64,000 nucleotides of DNA, from the NCBI GenBank assembly GCA_963797685.1, contig CAWCQK010000004.1, positions 331,943 through 395,942 on the forward strand, written 5' to 3'. Of the stretch, positions 39,945-49,029 are shown piece after piece. Position 1 is the stretch's first letter. Each line of letters opens with the position of its first letter. Position numbers and translations under genes: made by a program. The notes beneath the pieces are model-generated. The model was not told the origin of the DNA. It saw only the letters and a program-made list of their open reading frames with translations, and made no database searches. This DNA is from an uncultured Chloroflexia bacterium (GTDB lineage Bacteria; Chloroflexota; Limnocylindria; Limnocylindrales; CSP1-4).

Positions 39945-40453
39945 TGTCGGCCGGGTCGGCCGCAGCGCTCGACATCGACGAGCTCGACGTCATCGCCCCG
40001 GGCGCGTTCGTCGCGGCGGTCGCACCCCTTTTCGAGGGTGCGCGCGGGTTCCTCGGCCGTCTGGCGCTCGCGCGGCCGTTCGACGCGGTCGAGGTCATGT
40101 TCGAGCGCGCGCGCGAGATCGCGCACGCGATGCCGCTCGAGGAGCAGCTCGAGCTGATCGATGCCCATCCGCGACTCGGCGCAGCGCCGGGCGTCGTGTC
40201 GGACCTGTCGCGGGTCGAGCAGGCGTCCGGCGCCGACGATGCGGCCGTGGCGGCCGAGCTCGAGCGCCTCAATGCGGCGTACGAGGCCCGGTTCGGCTTC
40301 CGCTACTGCGTCTTCGTCGCCGGGCGGCCGCGGGCGGCGTTGCTGCCCGAGTTCCGGGCCGCGCTCGAGGCCGGCCGCGGAGCCGAGATCGGGCGCGCCC
40401 TCGATGCGGTCGTCGACATCGCCCGAGCTCGATATGCGACCCTGACGGCGTGA
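39944..40453 (+). CDS. uraD: 2-oxo-4-hydroxy-4-carboxy-5-ureidoimidazoline (OHCU) decarboxylase
   Basis: LIDAHPRLGA and YEARFGFRYCVFVAGR motifs. GGGAGG lies 6 nt upstream of ATG 39944 (GTG 39941 is also possible). Overlaps the upstream stop. Confidence 0.85.
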   Translation: MSAGSAAALDIDELDVIAPGAFVAAVAPLFEGARGFLGRLALARPFDAVEVMFERAREIAHAMPLEEQLELIDAHPRLGAAPGVVSDLSRVEQASGADDAAVAAELERLNAAYEARFGFRYCVFVAGRPRAALLPEFRAALEAGRGAEIGRALDAVVDIARARYATLTA

Positions 40454-41292
40454 TCGAGCTCAGCGCGAACCGCTACGGGAAGGCGGCCATCCGGCTGGTC
40501 CGCGTGATGCACCGGCCTGACGGCGACCGGATCCGGGATCTCACCGTTGCGGTCGGACTCGAGGGTGCGTTCGAGGCCGCTCATACCGACGGCGACAACA
40601 GCGCGGTCATCGCCACCGACACGATGAAGAACACGGCCTACGCGTTCGCCAAGGACCACCTCGACGGCGCCATCGAGGCGTACGGGCGGGCGCTCGCCGA
40701 GCACTTCCTCGCAGAGAGCCAGGTCGACACGGCCGCGGTCAACATCCGCGCCCACCACTGGCGACCGATCGATGTCGAGGGTCAGCCGGCCGGGGCGTTC
40801 GTGCGGGGCGGCGAGGGGACGCGCGTGGCGACGGTGACCGCGACCCGTGGCGGGACCACGGTCGAGGCCGGCGTCGAGGACCTCGTCGTGATGAAGACCC
40901 GCCGGTCGACGTTCAGCGGCTTCCCGCGCGACCGGTACACGACGCTGCCCGAGACCGATGACCGGCTGATGGCCACCAAGCTCACCGCCATCTGGCGCTA
41001 TGGCTCGCCCGACCTCGACGCGGACGCGACGTTCGAGGCCGTCCGCTCGACGCTGCTCGAGGTCTTCGCCGAGCACGACAGCCCGTCGGTGCAGGCATCG
41101 ATCTGGATCATGGCGCGGGCCATCCTCGAGCGCCACGACGAGGTCGAGACGGTCCGCATGGTCCTCCCGAACCTCCATCACTGGCTGGTGGACCTGTCGC
41201 CGTTCGGGCTCGACAACGACCGCGAGATCTACACGCCCACGACCGAGCCGCACGGGTTGATCGAGGCGACCGTGAGCCGCGGCGAGGGCTGA
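40450..41292 (+). CDS. urate oxidase (uricase)
   Basis: YGKAAIRLVRV, VIATDTMKNTAYAFA, SVQASIW and NLHHW motifs; 280 aa. GTGA overlap with uraD. Confidence 0.85.
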   Translation: MIELSANRYGKAAIRLVRVMHRPDGDRIRDLTVAVGLEGAFEAAHTDGDNSAVIATDTMKNTAYAFAKDHLDGAIEAYGRALAEHFLAESQVDTAAVNIRAHHWRPIDVEGQPAGAFVRGGEGTRVATVTATRGGTTVEAGVEDLVVMKTRRSTFSGFPRDRYTTLPETDDRLMATKLTAIWRYGSPDLDADATFEAVRSTLLEVFAEHDSPSVQASIWIMARAILERHDEVETVRMVLPNLHHWLVDLSPFGLDNDREIYTPTTEPHGLIEATVSRGEG

Positions 41293-41295
41293 CCG

Positions 41296-42876
41296 ATGCC
41301 GCCGCCCGGTGTCGAGCTGCGCCGCGATCCCGTTCCGGGGCAGGACCGTGTCCTGACCGAGGACGCCCTGGCGTTCATCGCCGACCTCAACCGACGATTC
41401 GGCACCTCGCGGATCGCGCTCATCGAGCGCCGCCAGGAGCGGCAGCGCGAGCTGGACGCCGGCGTGCGGCCGGACTTCCTGGTCGCCACGCGTGAGGTCC
41501 GTGAGGCGGAGTGGACGGTCGCCCCGGCACCGGCCGACTTCGACGACCGGCGGGTCGAGATCACCGGCCCGGCGGAGCCAAAGATGCTGATCAACGCGCT
41601 CAATTCGGGCGCACGGGTGTTCATGGCCGATCTCGAGGATTCGCTGTCGCCGACGTGGGCGAACGTCGTCGGCGGCCAGGCGGCCTTGATCGACGCCGTG
41701 CGGCACACGCTCACCTTCGATTCGCCCGAGGGCAAGGCCTATCGGCTGTCCGACGAGACGGCGACCCTGGTCGTCCGGCCGCGCGGCTGGCACCTCGTCG
41801 AGTCGGGGATGCTGGTCGATGGCGTGCCGGTCTCGGCGAGCCTGTTCGACTTCGGGCTGTACCTGTTCCACAACGGCGCCGAGCTGGTCCGACGCGGCAG
41901 CGGCCCGTACTTCTACCTCGCCGAAACTCGAATCGCACCACGAGGCGCGCCTCTGGAACGAGGTGTTCATCCACGGCCAGAACGCGCTCGGCATCCCGCG
42001 CGGGACCATCCGGGCGACCGTCCTCATCGAGACGATCCTGGCGGCTTTCGAGATGGACGAGATCCTGTATGAGCTGCGCGAGCACGCCGCGGGGCTGAAC
42101 GCGGGACGGTGGGACTACCTGTTCAGCGGCATCAAGAAGCTCCGGACCGTGGCCCGAGCTGGCCGTCCCCGACCGTTCGCAGCTGACGATGACTGTGCCG
42201 TTCATGCGCGCCTATACGGAGCTGCTGGTGCGGACCTGCCATCGGCGCGGGGCGCACGCGATCGGCGGGATGGCGGCGTTCATCCCGAACCGGCGCGATC
42301 CGGCGGTGACCGAGGTCGCCATGGCGCGCGTCCGCGACGACAAGGAGCGCGAGAGCCGCGACGGGTTCGACGGGACGTGGGTCGCGCATCCGGACCTGGT
42401 GCCGCTCGCGACCGAGATCTTCGACGGAGTCCTCGGCGATCGGCGCCGAACCAGAAGGGCCGGCTCCGCGACGGACGTGTCGGTCACGGCCGACCAGCTG
42501 CTCGACCTGGAGGTGCCCGATGGCGCGGTCACCGAGGCGGGCATCCGTGCGAACGTGCGCGTCGCCCTCGCGTACCTGGACTCATGGCTCCGCGGCGTCG
42601 GCGCGGCCGCGATCGACAATCTGATGGAAGACGCCGCGACGGCCGAGATCTCGCGTTCGCAGCTGTGGCTGTGGCGGACGCGGGGCGTTGCCTTGGCCGA
42701 TGGTCGGACGTTCGATGGCGTGCTGTACGCGACCGATCCGCGACGAGGAACTGGCGCGGCTCGGCGGGGCGGGGGAGGGGCGCTTGGCCGAGGCCGCGGA
42801 TCTCCTCGATCGCCTGGTCCTCGACGACGATTTCGCTGAATTCCTCACGCTGCGGGCTTACTCTTCGCTCGACTAG
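41296..42876 (+). pseudogene. aceB: malate synthase A, multiply frameshifted as assembled
   Basis: Colinear AceB segments are found in frames 1, 2, 0 and 1 in turn. They are ...GSGPYFYL | [16 protein letters not shown]...GIKKLR | [26 protein letters not shown]...[11 protein letters not shown]...[15 protein letters not shown]...VLYA | IRDEELARL...[14 protein letters not shown]. Confidence 0.85.
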
Positions 42877-42927
42877 TCGCCTGCGGCGTTTGACGCGACC
42901 CCTGGTCGCTGATGTCACTCGAGAGCA

Positions 42928-44331
42928 TCAGCCGTCGAGGGCGCCTCGCTCGACGAAGCGGCCGGCGCCGCGGGTCCCGACAAACGCACCGTCGCGGATG
43001 ACCGCTCGGCCGCGAACGAAGACGTCGCGGACGGCCCCCACGACCGTCAGCCCTTCATACGGGGTGTAGTCGCTCGTGTGGTGGAGGTCGGTGGCGCGGA
43101 TCGTCCGGCGGGCGGCCGGATCGAACAGGACGACGTCGGCGTCTCGGCCGACTTCGAGGGCGCCCTTCGAACCGAGTCCGAACCGCCGCGCCGGCGTGGT
43201 CGCCAGGAGGTCGACCATGCGCTCGAGGGTGATCCGACCCGCGACGACGCCCTCGCTGTAGAGGATCGTCAGTAGCGTCTCGATGCCCGGAGCACCGTTG
43301 CTGATCTGGTTGAACGGCACGCCGTTCGCGGCCTCGGCCTTCTCGGTGTCGACCCGATCGGGCACATGGTCGGTGGCGACCAGGTCGAGCGACCCATCGG
43401 CCAGGCCGGCCCACAGCGCGTCACGGTCGGTCGCCGAACGAAGCGGCGGGGAGATGACGAACCGGGCGCACGAGACCGGATCGGGGTCGTCGTATCGCTC
43501 CTCGGTGAGGACCAGATAGTGCGGGCACGTCTCAGCCGAGACGCGGACACCGGCCGCCTTCGCTCGCCGGACCTCCTCGAGCGCGGCTGCCGACGAGAGG
43601 TGGACCACGTGGACGGGGGCATCGCTCATCCGCGCGAACGCAAGCGCCCGAGCCGTCGCCACCGCTTCGACATAGCTCGGTCGCGTAGTAGCGTGGTAGC
43701 GAGGTAACACGTCACCATGCTGCAACGCGGAGGCGACGGCGGCGTCGAGAAGGACGGGGTCCTCGCAGTGGACCTGGAGCATGCCGCCGTGGCGGCCCAT
43801 GACCCGCATCGCTTCGAACAGGCGGTCAGCGGGGAGGCGGAAGTCGAAGACCATGAACGCCTTCGACGTCGCGACGCCGGCGTCGATGGTGGCCGGCAGC
43901 TCAGCGATCGGATCGTCGGCGTGGCCGCTGACGGCGAGGCTCAGTCCGATGTCGATGGCGCTATCGCCGTCGGTCGCGGCCCGCCACTCGCGGATGCCGG
44001 TCCGAAGCGATCGTTCGGCCGCGGGCGACGACCCGGTCCCGGGGTTGTTGAACGACAGGAACGTGGTCGTGCCACCGAACGCCGCCGCCACCGAATCCTG
44101 GAAGAAGCGGTCCGGATGATCATCGGCCGCGACGCGGGTGTGGGTGTGGACGTCGACGGCCCCGGGGAGGACGAGCAGCCCGGTCGCGTCGACGACCACG
44201 GCGGCCGCTGCCGCGGGACCCGACAGGTCGGGCTCGATGGCTGCGATGCGGCCGCCCTCGACCGCGAGGTCGGCGATTCGGGACCCGCCGACGGTGACCA
44301 CGGTCCCGCCGCGAATCACGAGGTCGGTCAA
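42928..44331 (-). CDS. cyclic amidohydrolase (D-hydantoinase/dihydropyrimidinase/allantoinase family)
   Basis: [17 protein letters not shown] (carbamyl-Lys position), [13 protein letters not shown] and VATDHVP motifs; 467 aa. Confidence 0.8.
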   Translation of the reverse strand: MTDLVIRGGTVVTVGGSRIADLAVEGGRIAAIEPDLSGPAAAAAVVVDATGLLVLPGAVDVHTHTRVAADDHPDRFFQDSVAAAFGGTTTFLSFNNPGTGSSPAAERSLRTGIREWRAATDGDSAIDIGLSLAVSGHADDPIAELPATIDAGVATSKAFMVFDFRLPADRLFEAMRVMGRHGGMLQVHCEDPVLLDAAVASALQHGDVLPRYHATTRPSYVEAVATARALAFARMSDAPVHVVHLSSAAALEEVRRAKAAGVRVSAETCPHYLVLTEERYDDPDPVSCARFVISPPLRSATDRDALWAGLADGSLDLVATDHVPDRVDTEKAEAANGVPFNQISNGAPGIETLLTILYSEGVVAGRITLERMVDLLATTPARRFGLGSKGALEVGRDADVVLFDPAARRTIRATDLHHTSDYTPYEGLTVVGAVRDVFVRGRAVIRDGAFVGTRGAGRFVERGALDG

Positions 44332-44424
44332 GATCGCGCCGCCCGGATCCTGATGCTCTCGAGTGACATCAGCGATGGGAGGTGGCGCCGCACAGGCCGC
44401 GCACGCCGCACACGCCGCGCACCG

Positions 44425-44847
44425 TCACTCCACCTCGCGGATCGAGATCGACTGGGCTCCCTCCCACAGGCAGCGCCGGCCCACCTCGCGAAGTCGATCG
44501 TCCCAGCCGTCGTCGGCGATGATCGAAGCGAAGACGTTGGCGGCCAGCTGGCCGACCTTCGATGCCGTCGTGCAGCCGCCGTACGGGAAGAAGATCTCGC
44601 ACTCGCTGATGCCGCCCGGATAGATCGCCAGTGTGCCGGGTGCCGGGTGCGAGGTGTGGTTCTCGTATTCGAGGCCGGGCCGAAAGTCGCCGAACGGGAT
44701 CCAGGTCGATTCGCCGGTCCAGCGGCAATGGATCAGCTTCGCTTCGATCGGCAACATGTGCCGGATCGCCTCGATCGTGCGGGGCGCCCCCGCGTCCCAT
44801 CGGGCGCTAAAGTGGAGGTCACCGACGTCGATCTGCAAGGTTCCCAT
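44425..44847 (-). CDS. DUF3830 (cyclophilin-like fold) family protein
   Basis: 140 aa (LHFSARWDAGAPRTIEAIRHMLP...IHCRWTGESTWIP...PAPGTLAIYPGGISECEIFFPYG). Family recalled from memory. Sits upstream of the amidohydrolase on the same strand. Confidence 0.6.
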   Translation of the reverse strand: MGTLQIDVGDLHFSARWDAGAPRTIEAIRHMLPIEAKLIHCRWTGESTWIPFGDFRPGLEYENHTSHPAPGTLAIYPGGISECEIFFPYGGCTTASKVGQLAANVFASIIADDGWDDRLREVGRRCLWEGAQSISIREVE

Positions 44848-44853
44848 CCGCGG

Positions 44854-44859
44854 AGGATA
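44854..44859 (-). promoter_or_regulatory. possible -10 hexamer TATCCT 6 nt upstream of the DUF3830 ATG (leaderless-type)
   Basis: On the minus strand the sequence reads cgcTATCCTccgcggATG. There is no SD on that strand. The same bases form the GGAGG SD of uraH on the plus strand. Confidence 0.3.
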
Positions 44860-44861
44860 GC

Positions 44862-45203
44862 GTGGCGCAGGGCACGAATCAGCCGGCCCCGACCATCTCC
44901 ACTCACGTCCTCGACACCGAGACCGGCCGCCCGGCGGCGGGCATCCACGTGACCCTCTACCGGCTCGTCGACGATGGCCAACCGATGCGCCTGACCCAGG
45001 CGATGACTGACGACGACGGCCGGATCCACGACCTGCTCGAGCGACCGTTGACGGCCGGCGACTACAGGCTTGAGTTCGGGCTGGGGCGCGGCGGCTTCTT
45101 CGAGCGGATCAGCCTCGATCTGCACATCGCCGACACCACGCGGACCTACCACGTTCCGCTGCTGATGGCGCCGTTCTCGGTGACGACCTACCGCGGGAGC
45201 TGA
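44862..45203 (+). CDS. uraH: 5-hydroxyisourate hydrolase (transthyretin-like)
   Basis: STHVLDTETGRPAAG and C-terminal YRGS tetrapeptide. GGAGG lies 5 nt upstream of the GTG. Confidence 0.85.
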   Translation: MAQGTNQPAPTISTHVLDTETGRPAAGIHVTLYRLVDDGQPMRLTQAMTDDDGRIHDLLERPLTAGDYRLEFGLGRGGFFERISLDLHIADTTRTYHVPLLMAPFSVTTYRGS

Positions 45204-45270
45204 CCGGGCCGAACGACGCGGCGCAGCCGTGACAGGCTAGGTGACACGGGCTCCCGCCACGGTTCGGGGC

Positions 45271-46557
45271 ATGGAAGCCCTCACTCTCCCGCCATTGACT
45301 GTCGTCAGCGGCTCTGATGCGTCCCCCGCGACTCCCCGCGTGCGCCTGGACGGCGATCGCATCGTCGTCGAACGACTGGTCATCGCCGACGCGCAGCTGG
45401 CGGCGTTCCTGGCCGAGCGCCCGGCGGACGACCGGGCCGACCTCGTCGGCCGCGCCCTCCGGATCGGCCTGCTCGCGCTCCAGGACGCGGGCGTCACGGT
45501 CAACGTCGACGTCGTGCGGGCCGAATTCGAGAAGCTCGTCCGCCAGGCCGAATCGGTGAACGAGAAGGCGGCGCTCGCCCTCGAGCAAACCCTCCGCTCG
45601 AACTTCGCCGATGGCGACGGCCGGCTGCCGCGCACGCTCGAGAAGTTCCTCGGCGACCGCGGCGCGCTGCGGACGATGGTCGACGAGCTGTTCGACGAGT
45701 CGAAGCGCGACAGCGCCATCGGCCGGATCGGCTCGATGCTGGAGCGCTACTTCGACGGCGACGCCTCGAAGCTCGCGACCCTTCTCGACCCGACCCGGCT
45801 CCACTCCCCGATGCACCAGTTCCGCCAGGAGATGACAGACGGCTTTCGCTCGCTCGAGGAGCGCCTCGTGGCGATCGAGGCGGCCGCCTCGGCCCGTGGC
45901 GCCGAACGGGCGAAGTCCGCCGCGAAGGGCGGCGACTTCGAGGACCTGCTCGAGGGCATGCTGGCCGACCTCGCCCGAGGTTGCGGCGACCTGCTCGACC
46001 GGACCGGCACCGAGGCCGGCGCGGTCATGAAATCGAAGAAGGGCGACTTCGTCCTGACGCTCGACCCGCGGATCGCCCGTGGCTGCGACGTCCGCGTGGT
46101 CGTCGAGGCCAAGGACCGACCGATGTCGATGCGGGCGATGCGCGAGGAGCTGCGCGAGGCCCGCGAGAACCGCGGGGCCGCGGTGGCCCTGGTCGTGTTC
46201 ACCCCGACGCACGCGCCGTCGGGCGTCGCTCCTTTCAATCTCGTCGGCGACGACGTCTATTGCGTCATCGACCCCGACGATCCCGACGCGGCCACGCTCG
46301 AGGCCGCCGTCCGACTCGCGCGACTGCTCGCGCTCGCCTCGCTCGTGGAGCACGAGGTCGAGGTCGACGCGGCGGCGATCGGATCTGCGCTCACTGCCAT
46401 CCGGGAGCAGCTCGAGGTCGTCCGCACGCTGAAGTCCCAGCTGACCTCGATCATGACCAGCACGAAGGCCGTGTGGACCGGACTCGACACGATGCGCGCG
46501 AGCATCCTGGCCAAAGTCGGCGAAGCGGAATCGGAGCTCCGCGCCCGGTCCGGGTAA
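45271..46557 (+). CDS. hypothetical coiled-coil protein with PD-(D/E)xK-like core (DUF2130-like architecture)
   Basis: Long helical N-terminal half, then KGDFVLTL...VRVVVEAKDR (D...ExK) and AVALVVF. Start is ATG 45271 or GTG 45241. Confidence 0.5.
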   Translation: MEALTLPPLTVVSGSDASPATPRVRLDGDRIVVERLVIADAQLAAFLAERPADDRADLVGRALRIGLLALQDAGVTVNVDVVRAEFEKLVRQAESVNEKAALALEQTLRSNFADGDGRLPRTLEKFLGDRGALRTMVDELFDESKRDSAIGRIGSMLERYFDGDASKLATLLDPTRLHSPMHQFRQEMTDGFRSLEERLVAIEAAASARGAERAKSAAKGGDFEDLLEGMLADLARGCGDLLDRTGTEAGAVMKSKKGDFVLTLDPRIARGCDVRVVVEAKDRPMSMRAMREELREARENRGAAVALVVFTPTHAPSGVAPFNLVGDDVYCVIDPDDPDAATLEAAVRLARLLALASLVEHEVEVDAAAIGSALTAIREQLEVVRTLKSQLTSIMTSTKAVWTGLDTMRASILAKVGEAESELRARSG

Positions 46558-46647
46558 ACAGGCCATCGGCCACCTGACACCCTGACTAGGACGGTGTGGG
46601 ACCTTCGGGGCCGTACGCGAACTGGACAGCCGGTGCAGGATGGACAG

Positions 46648-48027
46648 ATGCACCGCGTCCTTGCGTCCCTGGTGCTGGCCGTGCTGCTGACGTCTTCCGC
46701 AGCCTTCCAGGTCAGCGCCGCCGGCCCCGCCGCCTCGCCGCCGCCGGTCGATCCGACGACCTCGGACAGCATCGACGCCACCGATCGCTACATCGTCCTC
46801 TTGCGCAAAGGCGCCGACACGACGGCTGTCGTGGACAAGGCCAGCAAACGCGATGGCCTGAAGGCCGATCGCAAGTTCAGCAAGGCCGTCCACGGCTTCT
46901 CGGCCAAGCTCGACCCGAAGCAGAAGAGCGACCTCGCCGCCGACCCGAACGTCGTGGAGATCGTCCCAGACGAAGTCATCCACATGGCGTCGCAGACCGT
47001 GCCGACCGGTGTTTCGCGGATCTTCGGCAAGCTCAACCCGATCGCCAAGATCGACGGCGTCGACCAGCGGGTCGATGCCGACGTGGCCATCGTCGACACG
47101 GGGATCTCGCCGACACACCCCGACCTCAACGTCGCCGGCGGATACAACTGCTCGACCTCGGACCACACGGCGTGGCGTGACGTCGAAGACCACGGCACGC
47201 ACGTCGCCGGCATCGTCGGCGCCCTCGACAACGGCTTCGGGGTGGTGGGCGTCGCCCCGGGCGTCCGCCTGTGGGCCGTCAAGATCCTCAACGACAAGGG
47301 CGACGGTCTGATCTCGTGGTACGTCTGCGGCCTCGACTGGATCCTTGCCCAGCGCGACCCGAAGGACCCGAGTCGGCCGTTGTTCGAGGCGGTCAACATG
47401 AGCGTCACCAAGGCCGGCTCCGACGATCACAACTGCGGCCTCACGAACCACGATCTGCTTCATCAGGCGATCTGCCGCGTCGTCGCCGGCGGGATCACGG
47501 TCGTCGCCGCGGCGGCCAACGACTCGCATAACGCCGCGGCGAACATCCCGGCCAGCTACGACGAGGTGATCACCGTCTCGGCCCTCGCGGACACCGATGG
47601 CAAGCCCGGTGGCCTCGGCGGCAACGCGTGCTTCTCATGGGGCGGTTACGACAAGGACGACACGTTCGCGGACTTCAGCAACTACGGTGCCGACGTCGAC
47701 CTCATCGCTCCGGGCAAATGCATCCGGTCGACCATCCCTGGCGGTTACGGCACGATGTCCGGAACCTCCATGGCGGCGCCGGCGGTCACTGGTGCGGTCG
47801 CCCTCTACAAGTCGAGTCGTCCGGACGCCACGCCGGCCGAGGTCAAGGAGGCGCTCCGCTACCTCGGCAACCTGAACTGGAAGACCTCGACCGACCCGGA
47901 TCCATACCACGAGCCACTGCTCGACGTATCGCGTCTCGACAACCTCGGGACGTTCGATTTCGCTCCGCCGGGGCGCACCGAAGAACGTCGAGGCGCGGAC
48001 GACCGCCCTGGTGCCGGTCGACGATAA
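46648..48027 (+). CDS. S8 (subtilisin) family serine peptidase with I9 propeptide
   Basis: Signal peptide and inhibitor-I9-like RYIVLLRKG...VVEIVPDEV. Catalytic triad motifs VAIVDTGI (D), HGTHVAGIV (H) and GTSMAAPAVTG (S). The assembled stop at 48027 is probably reached after a frameshift near 47965. Confidence 0.85.
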   Translation: MHRVLASLVLAVLLTSSAAFQVSAAGPAASPPPVDPTTSDSIDATDRYIVLLRKGADTTAVVDKASKRDGLKADRKFSKAVHGFSAKLDPKQKSDLAADPNVVEIVPDEVIHMASQTVPTGVSRIFGKLNPIAKIDGVDQRVDADVAIVDTGISPTHPDLNVAGGYNCSTSDHTAWRDVEDHGTHVAGIVGALDNGFGVVGVAPGVRLWAVKILNDKGDGLISWYVCGLDWILAQRDPKDPSRPLFEAVNMSVTKAGSDDHNCGLTNHDLLHQAICRVVAGGITVVAAAANDSHNAAANIPASYDEVITVSALADTDGKPGGLGGNACFSWGGYDKDDTFADFSNYGADVDLIAPGKCIRSTIPGGYGTMSGTSMAAPAVTGAVALYKSSRPDATPAEVKEALRYLGNLNWKTSTDPDPYHEPLLDVSRLDNLGTFDFAPPGRTEERRGADDRPGAGRR

Positions 48028-48930
48028 CGCGGAGCCCGACGTTCTTCGAGCGGGTCGCGTTCAAGCCCACGTCGCTGCCCGATGGCTGGACCGGCGCACC
48101 AGGATCGAGCGCCTTTGGCTGGACCGGCGACACGGGTACTGTGGCCATCACGATCCCGGCGGGGACGCCCCTGGGCCAGTACAGGTCGGCGTGGAGGCGA
48201 GCAACCAGGGCCGCACTGAGAGCACGACGCTCAGCCGTAAACGTCGTCCAGTGACCTGCCGAGCGCCTAGCCCGCCCATGGCCTCACTGCGACCGGCGTC
48301 ACGATGGCGAGCACCGCCATCCCTATCCGCGTCGGCGTGGCCACCTGCCACTGATCCGACAAGCGCCGATCGCGGGATACCAGATCGCAGTTCAGCCGGC
48401 GGCGGGCGCTTGGTGGCGCCGGAGAACCTGACCGCCGTTCAGCGCTCGATCGACGTCAACGTCCTCTTCAACACGACGTATCGGTTCAGGGTCCGCGCGA
48501 AGGACGCGGCCGGCAATTGGAGCCCGTGGGTCGGAGGCGCCGATCGCGACGCGATCCACCGTACGACGATCGGAGCTGCAGTCGATCCGTCACGGGAATG
48601 GGTCGCGGGCAACGAGCTTCCAGCGCATCGAGGACCACGGTCACCGGGTCGTCGCAAGGCGCGGGGCCACGATTGACTATGGCATTCTCGGTCATGTCGT
48701 GGCGTTCGTCGGGCCCACGAGACCCGCATCGCGGCAAGGCCAGGGTCTACATCGACGGGGTCTACGTCAGGCAACGTCAATCTCGCGGACGGCGGCATGG
48801 ACGAGCCGGCAGCGTCGCTGTTCACGGCACTCTTCGCAAACGGCGGCAAGACATCACGATCACGTTCAAGGTCATCGGCGGCGGGACCTACCCGCTCGTC
48901 CTGCTTGATGCGTTCGTCGTTGGAAGGTAG
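47965..48930 (+). pseudogene. frameshift-riddled remnant of Ig-like, FN3-like and beta-sandwich C-terminal domains (S8 protease tail or separate decayed gene)
   Basis: Recognisable peptide pieces are scattered over all three frames. They include APKNVEARTTALVPV, FKPTSLPDGWTG...VAITIPAGTPLGQY, QVGVEASNQGRTESTTLS, IAGYQIAVQ, YRFRVRAKDAAGNWSPWV, GKARVYIDGVYV and DITITFKVIGGGTYPLVLLDAFVV. Confidence 0.5.
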
Positions 48931-49029
48931 CCCGCGGCAAGGTCCCCGTTTGCCTCGATAGGCTATGGTCACGTCCCGACGTCCCGGCCGGGTGAACCGG
49001 GATCGATCGGCAAGAGCATCGAGGTCGGC

